Assembly (NCBI GenBank): GCA_964016885.1
Contig: OZ024751.1
Location: 34,348,001 to 34,412,000 of the forward strand
From: Eledone cirrhosa
Lineage: Eukaryota
Direction of reading: 5' to 3'
Length of the DNA: 64,000 nt
Shown here: in pieces, positions 1 to 14,442 of the stretch
Numbering within the stretch: position 1 is the first letter of the stretch
Layout of the letters: each line of letters opens with the position of its first letter
Made by a program: the position numbers and the translations under genes
Notes under the pieces: generated by a model
Databases searched by the model: none
What the model was told of the DNA's origin: nothing
The model's input: only the letters and a program-made list of their open reading frames with translations

Positions 1-68
1 ATTTAGTTTTTTGTTGTTGTTTTATTACCTTTCTTATTGTTGTTGTCTTTTATGTCTTATATTCATTA

Positions 69-150
69 ATGTTATTTAATATTCGAGGTTGATCTATTCA
101 GGTCTGAAAGTAGCTCTCTATCTCACTTTTTCTCTGTATATACATGTTTC

Positions 151-232
<82 letters not shown>

Positions 233-314
233 GAAACATGTATATACAGAGAAAAAGTGAGATAGAGAGCTACTTTCAGACCTGAATAGATCAACCTCGA
301 ATATTAAATAACAT
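69..314. repeat. Perfect ~92-bp inverted repeat flanking a (TA)n tract
   Basis: 69-160 (ATGTTATTTAATATTCGAGG...TGTGTGTGTG) is the reverse complement of 223-314; the spacer 161-222 is (TA)n. Confidence 0.9.
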
Positions 315-380
315 ATATATATATATATATATAGCTGTATGTATGTATATATGTATATGTATGTGTATATATATATATTG

Positions 381-720
381 TTATGTTTGGGGATGGTCAT
401 GTTGTCAGCATTGCCAATATAACGAAACACACGAAGCACATAATTTTCACTTTATCTCTATTACTAGTTATTCGTTAGTTTTTCAAAGTTCTGTCGTCAC
501 ACATTCTTTTGGTTTGTCAAAAGACGAGCTGCAGTAACAGATTAAAACCAAGAAGTGGAAGCACAAAAAGAGAAGAGATAATCATTGAAGATGTCACAGA
601 ATGTGTGACGAAAGAACTGACAAATTAAAGCATAACTAGTTATAAAGATAAAGCAAAACTTAATGGTTTGTGTTTATATTTTTATTGGCAATGCTGGCAA
701 CATGACAATTCCTGAGATAG
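381..720. mobile_element. Degenerate MITE-like element with ~110-bp terminal inverted repeats
   Basis: 396-507 (GTCATGTTGTCAGCATTGCCAAT...CGTCACACATTCT) is an imperfect reverse complement of 598-706 (AGAATGTGTGACG...ATTGGCAATGCTGGCAACATGAC); non-coding ~90-bp interior. Confidence 0.6.
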
Positions 721-1111
721 GGGGGGGGAGTATATATATATTTATATATGTGTGTGTGTATGTGCACAGAGACAATTGGATAGCTATGCAGATAAGCAGA
801 CACACAGACAGTCATAGATAGATACACAGACTGATTGATAGGTAAGTAGGTAAGATATAAATACATAGACAGATAGACAGCCAGAAATATCGAAAGATAA
901 ATTGAGTACATTGTAATATTTCATTATTAGAATCATGTGAATGATTCTGACAATTGATTTAGTCGTGTGAAAATCTATCGATAGTTGGAGATATTCGTGG
1001 AATCTCCAGTTCAATACAAAATGTACATATCGATACTTTTAGAATCGGTAATTGATGCCTAAATATGTGAATACTAATCAATTGAATCAATTGAATGTGC
1101 CTCTTACATAT

Positions 1112-1219
<108 letters not shown>

Positions 1220-1250
1220 CATATTTGTACATACATACATGTACATATAT

Positions 1251-1307
<57 letters not shown>

Positions 1308-1789
1308 TATATATATATATATATATATAATTATATATATATACACACATATATATATACACACACGCTGTTTCTTGGTCTTTATTTCCTACATTGATGG
1401 TCTATATATTCACTGAGAGAGCCTTAAGGTAGAGTAATAGCCTGATCACGTGATCGTACGACTTTGGAATAGAATAGAACAGTGTGGTGGGGGTGGGGTT
1501 AAAGAAAAAGAAGTATTATAGAAGATAAGAGATGTATAATGTTGGTGGGTGTGGGGAGAGGATGATGTTGGATTGGAAGGAGGGTGGGAGGGGGAAGAGA
1601 GCGATGTGTTAAGGATGATGGACGAAAAGCGATGTGTAATGGGTTGGAAGGAAAGAGAGGGAGAGAGAGAGAGAGGGAATTTAAAGAGATGAAATGTGGA
1701 TGGAATATTTAGCAAGTGAGAAAATCGCTTAAAACATTTTCCATGAGGCAATACATTACTTAAATATCTATGCATAGTTATTGGCCTAA

Positions 1790-1873
<84 letters not shown>

Positions 1874-2404
1874 CCACACACATATATATATACACATACA
1901 CACACCACACACATATATATGTACACACACACACATAACTTTAGAGGAATGTAAGAAATCTTTATTAGTCTTACGCGAGTTTCAAGCAGTGAAAACTACA
2001 GCTAATGCAAGAATTTCAACTGAACAAAGATGCAAGTAGATGAACGTAAATCCATAAATTAAGATAAAAGCATAACACCAAATCTTACATCAAAATATAT
2101 TTTGCCCATTTCATTTGTATTGTCAGAGGTATTTAAATACATACATACATTTCAGGAGAAGGAAGTTTCCTGCGGACTAAAACGTCTGAATTTCACCATA
2201 TCATACTTATAAAAAATAAAGTGAGAGAGAGAGAGAATATAAAAGGGGAAAGGTAGAGAAGTGGTATTTAGGACATGATATATAAAAGGGGGGGGGGTGA
2301 AAGAGAAAGAGAAAAATGAATCAGAATTATGAAACAATTACGTCATAAAACTATGGCAGTTAAAAATCAGAGAGAGTTTTAAAATGTTGAAAAACTTACA
2401 CTTC

Positions 2405-2455
2405 AAATGTCTGGACGGTACCGTTTCGATCCCTTCAAAAATTTCTACTTGCAAG

Positions 2456-2457
<2 letters not shown>
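2405..2457 (-). mobile_element. PLE pLTR-like fragment with the 3' half of a hammerhead motif
   Basis: Minus strand reads AGTAGAAATTTTTGAAGGGATC-GAAACGGTACCGTC-CAGAC: GAAA, palindromic stem III ACGGTACCGT and a GUC triplet; abuts (TA)n at 2459. Confidence 0.5.
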
Positions 2458-2515
<58 letters not shown>

Positions 2516-2520
<5 letters not shown>

Positions 2521-2708
2521 AACGAGTAGGACCCCGACGGCTGAGCTCAAGCCGTTTCGACGGCTAATTCTAGTCCAGAATTAGCCGTCGAAACGGCTTG
2601 AGCTCAGCCGTCGGGGTCCTACTCGTTCCTATTACCCACTCTACTACTCTAAGTATTGAGTACTTTGGTGCGTTATGGTCCACTTGGTTCCTTACCACAT
2701 TTCCTTCG

Positions 2709-2710
<2 letters not shown>
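2516..2710 (+). mobile_element. Family A hairpin-plus-tail insert (PLE pLTR-derived) in (TA)n
   Basis: Perfect 56-bp arms 2516-2571 and 2577-2632, loop AGTCC, 78-bp tail to 2710, (TA)n on both sides; contains GAAACGGCT-TGAGCTC-AGCCGTC (hammerhead stem III plus GUC). Confidence 0.8.
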
Positions 2711-2785
<75 letters not shown>

Positions 2786-3111
2786 ATTGATGTTTGGCTA
2801 GTGATATATTTTCACCTGTTTGAATATACATACACAGAAAGTTATAAACACATACTTACAAATATATATATATATGTATATACAATATATTAATAAATGG
2901 AAACTATATTTATAAAACCATATTTATTTCAGGGCAACCAAGGCAAATTATGGTGCGCTTTCGTCAGATAAAATACAGATTTGTTATATAAAAAAATATT
3001 GACATACCCGGAAAAAAAGACAACCTTAACGGTTGGAGCTTCCTGGATAGCTGTATATCAGTTATAAAAATGTTTAAGCTTGTTGAATCCCAACAAATTA
3101 AATATAACCTC

Positions 3112-3254
<143 letters not shown>

Positions 3255-3988
3255 GGAGAGAGAGAGAGAGAAATATATAAAAGGACACAAACAGACACTT
3301 ACAAATATATACAAAAGCACATACAAACAGGAAAGAATATAAACACACACTTATACTGACAAAACTATATAAACACACACAGACACACGAATACACACAC
3401 GAATATACACACGAATTCACACACAAGTACAAACATATGGAGAGTCACAAACACATATAGGCTAACACGTACACACCAATACATTGACACATCCCACACG
3501 TATATAGACTTAAACACAGCAACAACATTTTAGCTACAACGCCTCTCTTAAAGCTATTATGCTCTATTTGTCTATGAAAACACGAAGAAACGTACCAAAT
3601 TGCCATAAAAGTATATTGTGCGGTAGAACGACCTCCTATAGACAGACACAAACATATCAATATGGCGGTTATTAGGTAAAGATTCATGGCTACCATTTTG
3701 TATCATCAACTAACAATACTCTTTCAAACGAATCATATATTTCATGTTGCTCAACATTTATTCAAATTCACATGACAAAAATATACAAAGTTAAGAAGCT
3801 GAGTCTGATAAAGCAGAGAGAGAAGAGGAGAGAGAGAGAGTGGAGGAGCGAGAGAGGAAGAGTGAGGGAGAGTGTGAGAGTGAGTGAGAGAAAGGGAGTG
3901 TGAGAGAGGGAGTGAGTTATTTTGGTGACATTTTCTTTATCATACTTTATTTCAACAAACCACACTTTATATGTGTATATGTATGTTA

Positions 3989-4074
<86 letters not shown>

Positions 4075-5418
4075 GTGAGTATATATATATATATATATAA
4101 TGTGTGTGAGTATATATATATGTTATGTTTTTCTTAATTCAGTCTTTTCGGTTTTCTTCTTTATCTCCAGTCACGTGATTCCTCAACTTACGTCCTTATC
4201 GATAACTTCTCCTTGTTTTTCATTGTTTTCCCGCTGTGTTATCGTTGTCGTCGCCGTCGTCTTGTTCATTACCATCATCATTATCATTATTTTAGGCATC
4301 TCCATCATAATCCTTATCGTTGTCATCAACTTCACAACCATGATGATGATTGTCATCGTTATTGTCTTCATTTTCTTCTTCTTTCTCAGCACCTTCATCA
4401 ATTTCAACATCATCATCGTCACCATCATCTTTATCGTCAGTAACTTCACAAACACCGCCGCCACCCTCCCCACTACCACCCACCACCCACCACAACCACC
4501 ATCACCATCATCGTCTATATCATCATTGTATCATCATTTTTGTACGTAGAAGGCCAATTCTTGTTATCGTTATCATGTTGGCAACTTGTAGAAAAACTAC
4601 CAATTCTCATTACTTCTGTAACTAATATCTTTATATTCTAAATTGACTGATAAAGAAATTCCACAGGAATTCACCGAAAACCAACTTTGAAATTTGAAAT
4701 TTATTTTTTCTTGGACATGTTTTTACTGCCTTTGGTTGCAAGGCATTGCTATTTTTTAGTGAAATACAGATAGTGTGTCTTTGTGTTTATGTAAAGTCTA
4801 TATGTGGGTGCATGTGTTCATATAAGTTCTATATGTGGGTATGTGTTTGCATGTAAGGTCTAAGTGTATATGTAAGATCTATGTGTGTGTATGTGTGTGT
4901 AAGTGCATATTAGTGTTTGTGCATGTATGTGTGCTGTGGAAATGATAAAAATAACCAGAAAACAAAAGCGTAGTTCAAATTTTGAACCAGTTCTCAGACT
5001 TTTTTCTAGATAAGCCAGGCCTCAGTTTGGTGTTTCTGATTGGTGAAGGTCTCTTCTGCATCATATATTATTGTTGGTCGACCAGGGGCATGCCTCTGGC
5101 TTTCTGAATTAGCATCCGGAATGTGGAAGGTTTCCGTGTTTGTCAGTGATGTGGGATTTCATGCTCTTGGTACAAGAGTATCTTACCTTGATTAAGTACC
5201 TGGATATGTCACTGTAGTAACTTATTATATATATACATAAACCACAAACATACACACGTATATATGTATGTGTGTGTGTGTGTGTATACGTATAAGATAA
5301 ATTAGGATCGTCTATTATATATATATTTTTTTAATTTTCCTGCTCTACGCCGAATTCCTAACATATAGTTCCTTTGTTGATAACAATATGTATCAATTTA
5401 TACATCTCTGACTGCATA

Positions 5419-5473
<55 letters not shown>

Positions 5474-6083
5474 GTATGAATATATGTATACTTTTGTGTA
5501 TGTGTGTGTATCTGTTAAATACACAGACACATTATCTTATATTTATTGTAAAAGCTTAATTTCCCCAGTAATTAATTACATTCATAAAGATTCTACCACA
5601 TTATCTCGCTGTAAAGACTGCGACAACAATACCACCACCACCAATGACATCACCACCAACAACAACATCAATAGTACCACCACCACCACCAACGACAACA
5701 ACACCAACAACACAAAGAACCACAGGTTTAGTTACACGAGCAACAAAAACAACATCAACAGCGACCAAATCTAGAGTGTCAACAACTGTAACAATAACAA
5801 CTAATATTGTGTCGGCAACAACAGTAACATGCTTAACAATATCGATATTAACAAGATCGTATTAAAGCTAATAGAACTTTTCTGATATGACATATAACAA
5901 TAGATATTGCATCAATTATCTACATTCCAGTATATTCTGTCCCCGAGAAAATATTTGTCAGAGTTATATGCTACCGGAAGTAGTCATAGTGCTGCCATCT
6001 TTGAAACATGAGATGAATTATAAAAGTGTTGTTGAATGGTATATTAACAGATAGCTAGATAGATGCTGTACCTAGACACACAC

Positions 6084-6114
<31 letters not shown>

Positions 6115-6433
6115 TATATATATGTGTGTGTCTGTGTGTGCATATATGCTTATATATATATACACACATTTATAATATATTATTTTCTTTATTTTGTGTT
6201 ATAAAACCATAATAGCGTTCATTACCACTTGATGTTCCGTGTAAAAGGTTATATATGCTAAGCCATATCACTGCAAGGAAAAACAATTAGTTACCACCAC
6301 ATCACGTGTAATGTTTGATAAGATACTCTTTTAACGACCTCAGTCTTGCAGAGAAATCCACATCATTCACACCCGAAACACATTTCGTTATGATTTTTTT
6401 ACATACTATTTAAGAATAATTTCTACTTAACAG

Positions 6434-6695
6434 AAGTTCTATTTCTTCTTGGGGAACCACGAGCACCATGAACCTAGTATTAAAACAGGGTGTATCGTTA
6501 AACAAAAGACACCCAACTGTAGCAAAGATACGCCTAAAACAGCACCAAATGGTACCCAATCAGACACTAAGGTATTCAAATCCGCAGAAATGCCCTCAAA
6601 ATTATCTAAAACACTTGAAGTCACCCACGAAGAAATTTCCCCCAAGTCCCTCAAAGATGCTTAAAAGCACCGAAAAGAAATGTTCTCTGCGTTAA
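6434..6695 (+). CDS. Weak candidate terminal exon, product unknown
   Basis: Preceded by acceptor-like TTTCTACTTAACAG (AG at 6432-6433); non-repetitive; two plus frames are open, to stops at 6664 and 6695. No recognisable domain. Confidence 0.2.
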
Positions 6696-9537
6696 ATAAG
6701 AGGATAACCATTCGACGTCCTCTGTAAATCTAATACATTATGGAGTGACATATCATTTGAATGACACTCCAAATCTGGCCCTAATTCCTTACACAGATCA
6801 TCATCATTATCTTTAGTACTCTTCTCAGCGTTTAACATTGATCTGAAGACTTATAGTACGTAGTCCTGTGAAGTTCATGTCTTCCTTTAGAAGAAGGTTC
6901 CCATCTATTTTACATTTACACACCTCATAAGTTTTCTTTTGGGTGTCTTTTCATTGTTTACCTCAGACTACAATATTTAATGTGATCTTTTTTTTTAAAT
7001 TGACAAATTTAGAGGGATCCGAGTAATATTTCTAAGATTGAGGGAGATTTGACTGTCATTTTTAGGTTGGAGAGGACATCTAGTTGCTAGTGATAGGCAT
7101 GAGGGAGATTGGTCTGCTATGTTAGTCTACTTTGATGTGGAGTATGTATAATCAATTTAATCGATGTCAATACATGATCAATATAGATCGTTTGCTCTGT
7201 GTGTTTGTATGATATTTATCGAAGCCAGGGAGAAACTTGAACTCAGAGATCATTAGAAATATAAAACTAGTTGTAAGACTATGTAATATTTTAGTACAGT
7301 TCTTCAGTTTCAACGATTTCACTTCAGTTTATCTTTCATAACAGCAATAACTTTGTCAGGGGGGAAATCGAATAAACAATAATAATAATAAATAAATATA
7401 TAAAGGAACAAATAAAAATGAAAATAACATAAAATTAAATACTAAAAAAAACATATACTACTAATATAGTGAAAAGAAAAACGACAAATCTACAATACTT
7501 TACCAAAGGGATTAGCGATCCTGCATTAGACGCTTAACAATTAATCCCTAACATAATCCACTTACATCCTTTATCGAATTTTTACCTAGACAATATCAAT
7601 GTAATCTCGTTGGGAATCATCTTGAATATCTCTACCTCTCTTCCACTTTCTATCTCCCACTACCTCTCTCCCACTTTTTCTCCCCCTTTCTATGTCTATC
7701 TCCCTTTCTTTATCTATGTCTGCTATAAGACATTAACTTTAGCACCAGACAAATCTCTGCCAATCATGTGAAACTTTGAACAGAAAATTGTTGATCGGAG
7801 TGGAAAGCATTCTTTGTTGAGATAGAAACTGAGCAATTTATGGTTGTCTTTGGAATTATTGCAAACATTTAACCATCCTCTGTTTTTACTCAGACGCGAT
7901 TTAGGATCTAGAAAGTTCTAAACCGCAGACAGGAGATAGGGGATAGGGATTATTAGATTTCGGTGGATTAGTATTGCAATTTAGTTCATATCTTGCCTGT
8001 CTGTATGGTTTGATGTTTGTGTGTGTGCTTGTATATATGTGCCTGTATACCTGTCAATATCTTTGTCAGTATGAGTGTAAGTGTATATACTCATATACAA
8101 ATATATATATATGTTAGACATGGCCTGGGCCAACATTGGACGAAACCTATCAAAGTTATCAAAGCCATATATATATATATATATTGTGTGTGTGTGTGAG
8201 TATGTGTATATACTTAATAAGTCTTACTTTCAGTAATCTTTTACAATTCGCAGACAGGAATATTTATTTCTTCTCAGTTATATATTATTTATAAGTCATC
8301 AATGAGGAACTTTATAGAGACTCAGTCAAAATATTATAGGGATGGCTTTGGGGCACTATACAAACACATATACACACACATATGTATATATATATATATA
8401 TATATAATACGTAGTGCGTTGTTGATAGCACGTCTCTCCAAATATTCAAGAAGACAGATACTTGGAAACATCGGTGATTGTGGTTCGTTTCCCACCACCT
8501 ACAATTGTGCTGTTTCCAATTTGACAACACTCTAGACTGTAAGATTTCAACTCTGTTAGGTTAGGGGTTGTTTTGTGAACAATGATGTTGGTTGGTTTTA
8601 GTTTAACTTAGTTTTTTTTTCTTTTGTCCAATCTCAGTCGATTCCGACAACGACCTCGACTATCTGTTTAAACGGTATCTATAATTACATTATCTAATTA
8701 GTACATTATTAATTTAGTATATGGTGGGATTTGAGTGAAATTTGCCTGCTGATTCGTGGGGTTGTAGAGAACACGTTGAGGTTACGTTATCATGTGGCGG
8801 TTCTAGAGAAGATCTAGAGGCTAGGCTATTAAATCCATCATATAGCGAGAGTAGATCTAGAGGTTAGGGTAACAGATCTATCATATAATGGTTCTAGAGG
8901 AGATCTAGAACCTACGGTATCAGACATACACTGTGGTTTTCAACCTTAATTGTGTATTAGTTTGGGTTGAAAACAAATATTTGCCAATGTTCTTGGTGTA
9001 ATATGAGGCAGAATTGACTTCTATTTCTAGTAGATCAAGTAGAGATGTAGGAGCTGATCGTTGACCCATGCCTGTTGCAATGTAACCTTTGTTATTGCTA
9101 TCGTTGTTGTTGTTGATAATGTTAATTAATTTATATATAGTGTTTTACACTTATGTATTTAGTGTTGGAAACAAATGTTTTGTCAGTTTTCTGCTTGTCT
9201 TTTAGATTTGTTATTGTTTAGTCTCTGGACACACAGAAGCTGGAGGCAAACTTCTATTTCTATTGGATGTCTTCACCATCTTATTCTATTGTCAATGAAA
9301 TTCTCCCTCGTTTTTATTAGCTTGGCTATTTCAGTTGCGTAATTAATGTTGTTTCACCTTTTGTTTTTGGTTTCATTGTCACGGGATATTCTTCTTCTTC
9401 TTCGCCTTCAACTTCTTCTTCTACTACTTCATCATCATCATCACAAGTTGTTATAGATATGTCTAAAAATAAACTGCGGGATGCATCTACGGCCTCATCT
9501 ATCCACCCATTTCCTCTCCCGCGCTCTCTCCTCCAGC

Positions 9538-9648
<111 letters not shown>

Positions 9649-10070
9649 AGCAATATTCAAATATTCAAATTGAAGCTGGTACCACGTTCTCTGTGTTATG
9701 TTATTCTTCACTATCGTTATGTTAGGAAGATGTATTTCTATTGTTTGACACGTGTTTGTGGTATATAGAAAGTCTCGTAGTAAAACACTGTGGCCTGTTT
9801 AACCCCTTCTTTCTAGGTAACCCATCATTTCTAATGAAATGCGATGCCTATAATCTTTGAATCATTTTCAAATTAATCTAGAATACCTAAACTTTCCATT
9901 AGAAAGCTTCTGTTTGGAGAATAATTTAAGAATGGTTCCTAATGGAGAGTAAAATCTTGTATTGTCTATTTAGAAAAAATTTAGAACAATCATGTTTGTG
10001 TCGTAGAACCAAGACGGTTTTACAGTAGTTTGGTAAGTACTTGCTATATAAGTATAGGTATTTGTAAATA

Positions 10071-10120
<50 letters not shown>

Positions 10121-10582
10121 TATATATATATAGATATAAATATATATATATATATATATACTATATATATATTTGTGTGTGTGTGTGTTAAGGTGTGAGT
10201 GCCAATTTATACATTATTTAGGAAAAAGCAGAATTAAAAAGAGAGGCTATATGTGTATGAATATTTCCGACTAACATCGAGGTGTAAATTCGGGTTCGAA
10301 TAATGAATATACATGTATTATTTATTTTTATATATTTTTATTTGAAAAGAAATAATCGATTCTTCTACCGCAGACAAATCATTTTCGAACTTATTCAACC
10401 GCGTGTTAAAAACTAGAATATGGAAATGAACTGCCAGACGAAAGAGGTTAAATGAATAATTCCTTTCGTGCAGTGAAGTAATTAGACAAATCCCCAAACT
10501 ATTTATTTGCACAGTGTATGTCGTATGACGAAGCATTATGAATACATTCACACGCATATATATGTATATACTGGATATATAA

Positions 10583-10618
<36 letters not shown>

Positions 10619-10657
10619 GCTTGTGCTAATGTGGGCGTGTATAAATATATATATATA

Positions 10658-10703
<46 letters not shown>

Positions 10704-11003
10704 ATGTGTGTGTGTATTTCAATAAACCGTGTTGGTTGATCCAAGCAATTTAACTTCTATGGTGTAATCTATATAAGCACTCCACGTTATCGTTATTATA
10801 GATATTACGTATATGGTGTCAGACGCAGTATCAATATTAAGACGAAGATAGACTTCAGTGTTTATTGTCTTATATCACGTTATGTATATTTCAAAGCCAT
10901 TAATATGTCCTTATGTAATAGTTATTTAATGCGTTGACGTCAGATAGGTGCTGGAAATGTGAACTTGTATTTCTCTTGTTCCATCATTCGGGTTATAACA
11001 GGA

Positions 11004-11075
<72 letters not shown>

Positions 11076-11079
<4 letters not shown>

Positions 11080-11207
11080 CAATATGATACAGTAAAGACC
11101 TGTTTAGACCATTAATCACCAGATTACTAGATGCTTGGGGTAGTAGAGTATGGTTATATGAAAGAGTCCCGACAGCTGAGCTCTTGCCGTTTCAACAGCT
11201 ACTACTT
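11076..11207 (-). mobile_element. Family A diverged subfamily (A2), tailed arm
   Basis: Minus strand AGTAGTAGCTGTT-GAAACGGCAAGAGCTCAGCTGTC-GGGACT...ACTCTACTACCCCAAG; shares the core and tail motif with 2577-2710; ends at (TA)n. Confidence 0.7.
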
Positions 11208-11349
11208 GTGATTAATGCTCTAAACAATTTTGTTACTGCATCCATATGGGTTTTAGTCTTCAAATTTATTATTATTACTATATATATATTCAAATTTATT
11301 ATTATTACTATATATATATTCAAATTTATTATTATTACTATATATATAA

Positions 11350-11539
11350 GGGCAATGAATTGGCAGTATCGGTAGAGAGTCGGACGCCATGCTTTATAGC
11401 ATAGTTACGTCCCTTTACAGACTGAGTTCAAATCCCGCCGAGGTTAACTTTGCCTTTCATCCTTACAGGGTCGATAAAATAAAGTACCAGTAATGTACTG
11501 GGTAATTGCTGACCTTGTGTCAAATGTAGAAACAATTAC
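11350..11539 (+). mobile_element. tRNA-head SINE (Octopus-type)
   Basis: A-box-like TGGCAGTATCGG, B-box-like GAGTTCAAATCC, central GCCTTTCATCC...GGTCGATAAAATAAAGTACCAG and 3' GACCTTGTGTCAAA; similar copies occur elsewhere in the window. Confidence 0.75.
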
Positions 11540-11562
11540 TATATATATATTTATATATATAT

Positions 11563-11762
11563 ATTAGGAAAAAGTATGACCCCGACGGCAGAGTACAAGC
11601 CGTTTCGACGGCTATTTCTAGAAATAGTACAGAAATAGCCGTCGAAACGGATTGAGCTCTGCCGTCGGGGCCATACTGTTTTCCTAATTCCCACTCTACT
11701 ACCCCAAGTGCTGAGTACTTTGGTGCGTTATGGTCCATCTGGTTCCTTACCACAATTCCTTG

Positions 11763-11764
<2 letters not shown>
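11563..11764 (+). mobile_element. Family A hairpin-plus-tail insert in (TA)n
   Basis: Arms 11563-11619 and 11631-11688 (a few mismatches); tail to 11764 homologous to 2633-2710; TA-rich on both sides. Confidence 0.8.
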
Positions 11765-11803
<39 letters not shown>

Positions 11804-12530
11804 GTGTGTGTGTGTGCGTTGTCGTCGTCGTCGTCGTAGTAGTAGTAGTAGTAGTAGTAGTAGTAAAATTGGTAGTAGTACAGAGAGGAAACTATAGTTA
11901 AAATATAATTCCGAGAGAAAGCTGAAAAGCGACCAGTCGTTGTTTGATGTAATAACTACGGCTTCCGTGTTGAACCAACATCAATAAAAAGTCAGAAGAG
12001 ATACACAAACAAAGAATTGGTAGAGATTGAATTTCATAGAAAAGCATCGAGTCTTTGAAATGGGAGATAATTTTCAATAATTGAAAAGTAAAGAATTGAA
12101 AGATACACTAGCAGCAATAATTACAACAAGAAGAACAACAAGAGTTGTAACTATAAATCTTTATTGGTCACTAGAGTCAGAAAACGAGGGAAAATACAAT
12201 TGGTCAACAGCGTGGAGGGTTTACATATAATTATTCGTTTAAACAAAGTAACAAAAGAATTCCTCAATAGGGGGCAGGATCATCCAGTTGTTGATTAGGA
12301 ACCCCACAGATTCTCACTCTAAACACACAGATAAATAACTAACACACATTCCGTACACATACATCCACACATACATTATATGATCACTGATAAACACACA
12401 TATGCGCACATATAAACACACAATTAAAACACAAACACGTACACCTTATATATATATACATCCATTGGTACATAAATATGACACACACATACAAACACAC
12501 TTCATGCAAACAAATAAAATATACACAACT

Positions 12531-12622
<92 letters not shown>

Positions 12623-13440
12623 TCCACAAGCATATAAACAAAGACGAGACACACCCATACACACTTAAAATACATTGAAATGCACCAAATCTACATAAAT
12701 GCCGACCTGCAGCCATTTGTAAACCTGTAGTTTTGACAGTAAAAAATAAGAGACAAGGTCAAACGTCAAAGAAGCATTAACCCCTTCCAGACATCTTGTT
12801 TCCCTCCTTAAACTCAATCTGCTAAAGGAAGTTGTTAGAAAAGAAATTGCAGTATTAGTTTATCGAATTTTATAAACAATGTAAATGTAATATGCCGTTT
12901 CAGCAAGTTTTAACGATCTACCATTACAGTTCTCTTGAATTTCCGTTTGTGCCCCCCCCCCTCTCTCTCTCTGTATCTATCTTCATCGACAGTCTAGGGA
13001 TTTCCTCCATCCAGCTTCCCCTTAGAATATCACCATCACCAACATCATCATAAATCTCTTTATGATTATTAGGGTTATAATATTCATCATCATCATCATC
13101 CCTATCATAAGAAACTAAAATATACAGGATTACTATATTCAGCCCCATCACTATTATCATCATCATCAACACCTCTCTGTCACATGATTGAGGTCAGATT
13201 CATATTGGAAGACAATCGTTAACTGCAGGGGCAACATTAGGGATTATGACACTGTTAACTGATGTTAAGTAGATTCTGACACCTTAATTGAGCTGATCTA
13301 TACTAAGAGGCAATCCAACCAGGACCATCTCGTTTCATCTGAAATGGTGTATTGCTGAGCTTTCACGATGAGCTTTCACGAGTGTCACTAAACTTTGGTA
13401 CAACCAGTAACTGCTGTACTACTCTGTGTATAGTGTCTTT

Positions 13441-13537
<97 letters not shown>

Positions 13538-14024
13538 AAAGAACACAGTTCTACGAGGAAGAGTTAAACGGTGAATATTTGTCCTTTTTCGAGCGAAATA
13601 TTATTTTTGATTAGCCTGAGGTCAAATACAGAAGACCTGATCTATACAAAAGCAATTGAGGTTTTACCAACACTTTTCTTTAGATATAAAACATATCCCT
13701 AACTACATTATATGATATATGGGTGCCATATTTTTAAGACGGCAGAGCGAGAGGTTAGAGAGTACTATTATATTTAGTAAAAACAAAACAATGTTGAGAG
13801 TGAGGCGCGGTAAGTTGAATCCATCAATCTTTACATGTAAATTAATGTATTTTCCATACTTTTTCGTCTTTCAATCGTTTCTTCTTTCACTTAGGAGATC
13901 ACATGCGGATATGATGGTTTATTTGTGTGTGTTTGTGTACGTGCGTTTATGTATGTGTATATGTGTTCGTGTTTGTATTCATGTGTCTACGCCCATGTAG
14001 TGTAGGAATTAATAGTTCACCAAA

Positions 14025-14160
14025 AACAGATCGATAAAATCAGGACCAGATTTGAAAAAATAAATAAGTACTGGCGTAGATATAATCGACTGAATCTCTC
14101 AATGATGGTGTCACAAAATAGATGCAGTCTGAAGAATGGAAGCAGTTAAATAGTAAAAGA
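14025..14160 (+). mobile_element. Degenerate SINE 3' part
   Basis: GATCGATAAAATCAGGACCAG...AAGTACTGGCGTAGATATAATCGACT resembles the SINE core seen at 11470-11500. Confidence 0.4.
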
Positions 14161-14408
14161 ACTGAATGTGGTTGTTGTTTAGCACCAGGTCAAACTTAAA
14201 AGGGTTGATGTATCATAAAATGCAATTTAGCTCTAGCTATACCTTTGAAAATAAATCCCGTAATACTTTATATCATATGGTGTTTCCCTTTGTTAAAATG
14301 TCAGGGGAGGAGTTTCAGGAATATATTTCTATTATTTTTAACAACGTTGAGAGGCAAGTTTGGTAGGTTCTGGTGACGGGGAGAATATGACTCCATCAAT
14401 AGCGGAAG

Positions 14409-14442
<34 letters not shown>

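Noticed and set aside
4100-4625. Hydrophobic or acidic ORFs (also 5620-5865, 15657-16113, 46236-46642)
   Set aside because: Degenerate trinucleotide repeats (ATC, AAC, GGT, TTC) with no domain or splice support.
11350-11440. tRNA gene
   Set aside because: The A and B boxes belong to a SINE head; no cloverleaf can be formed.
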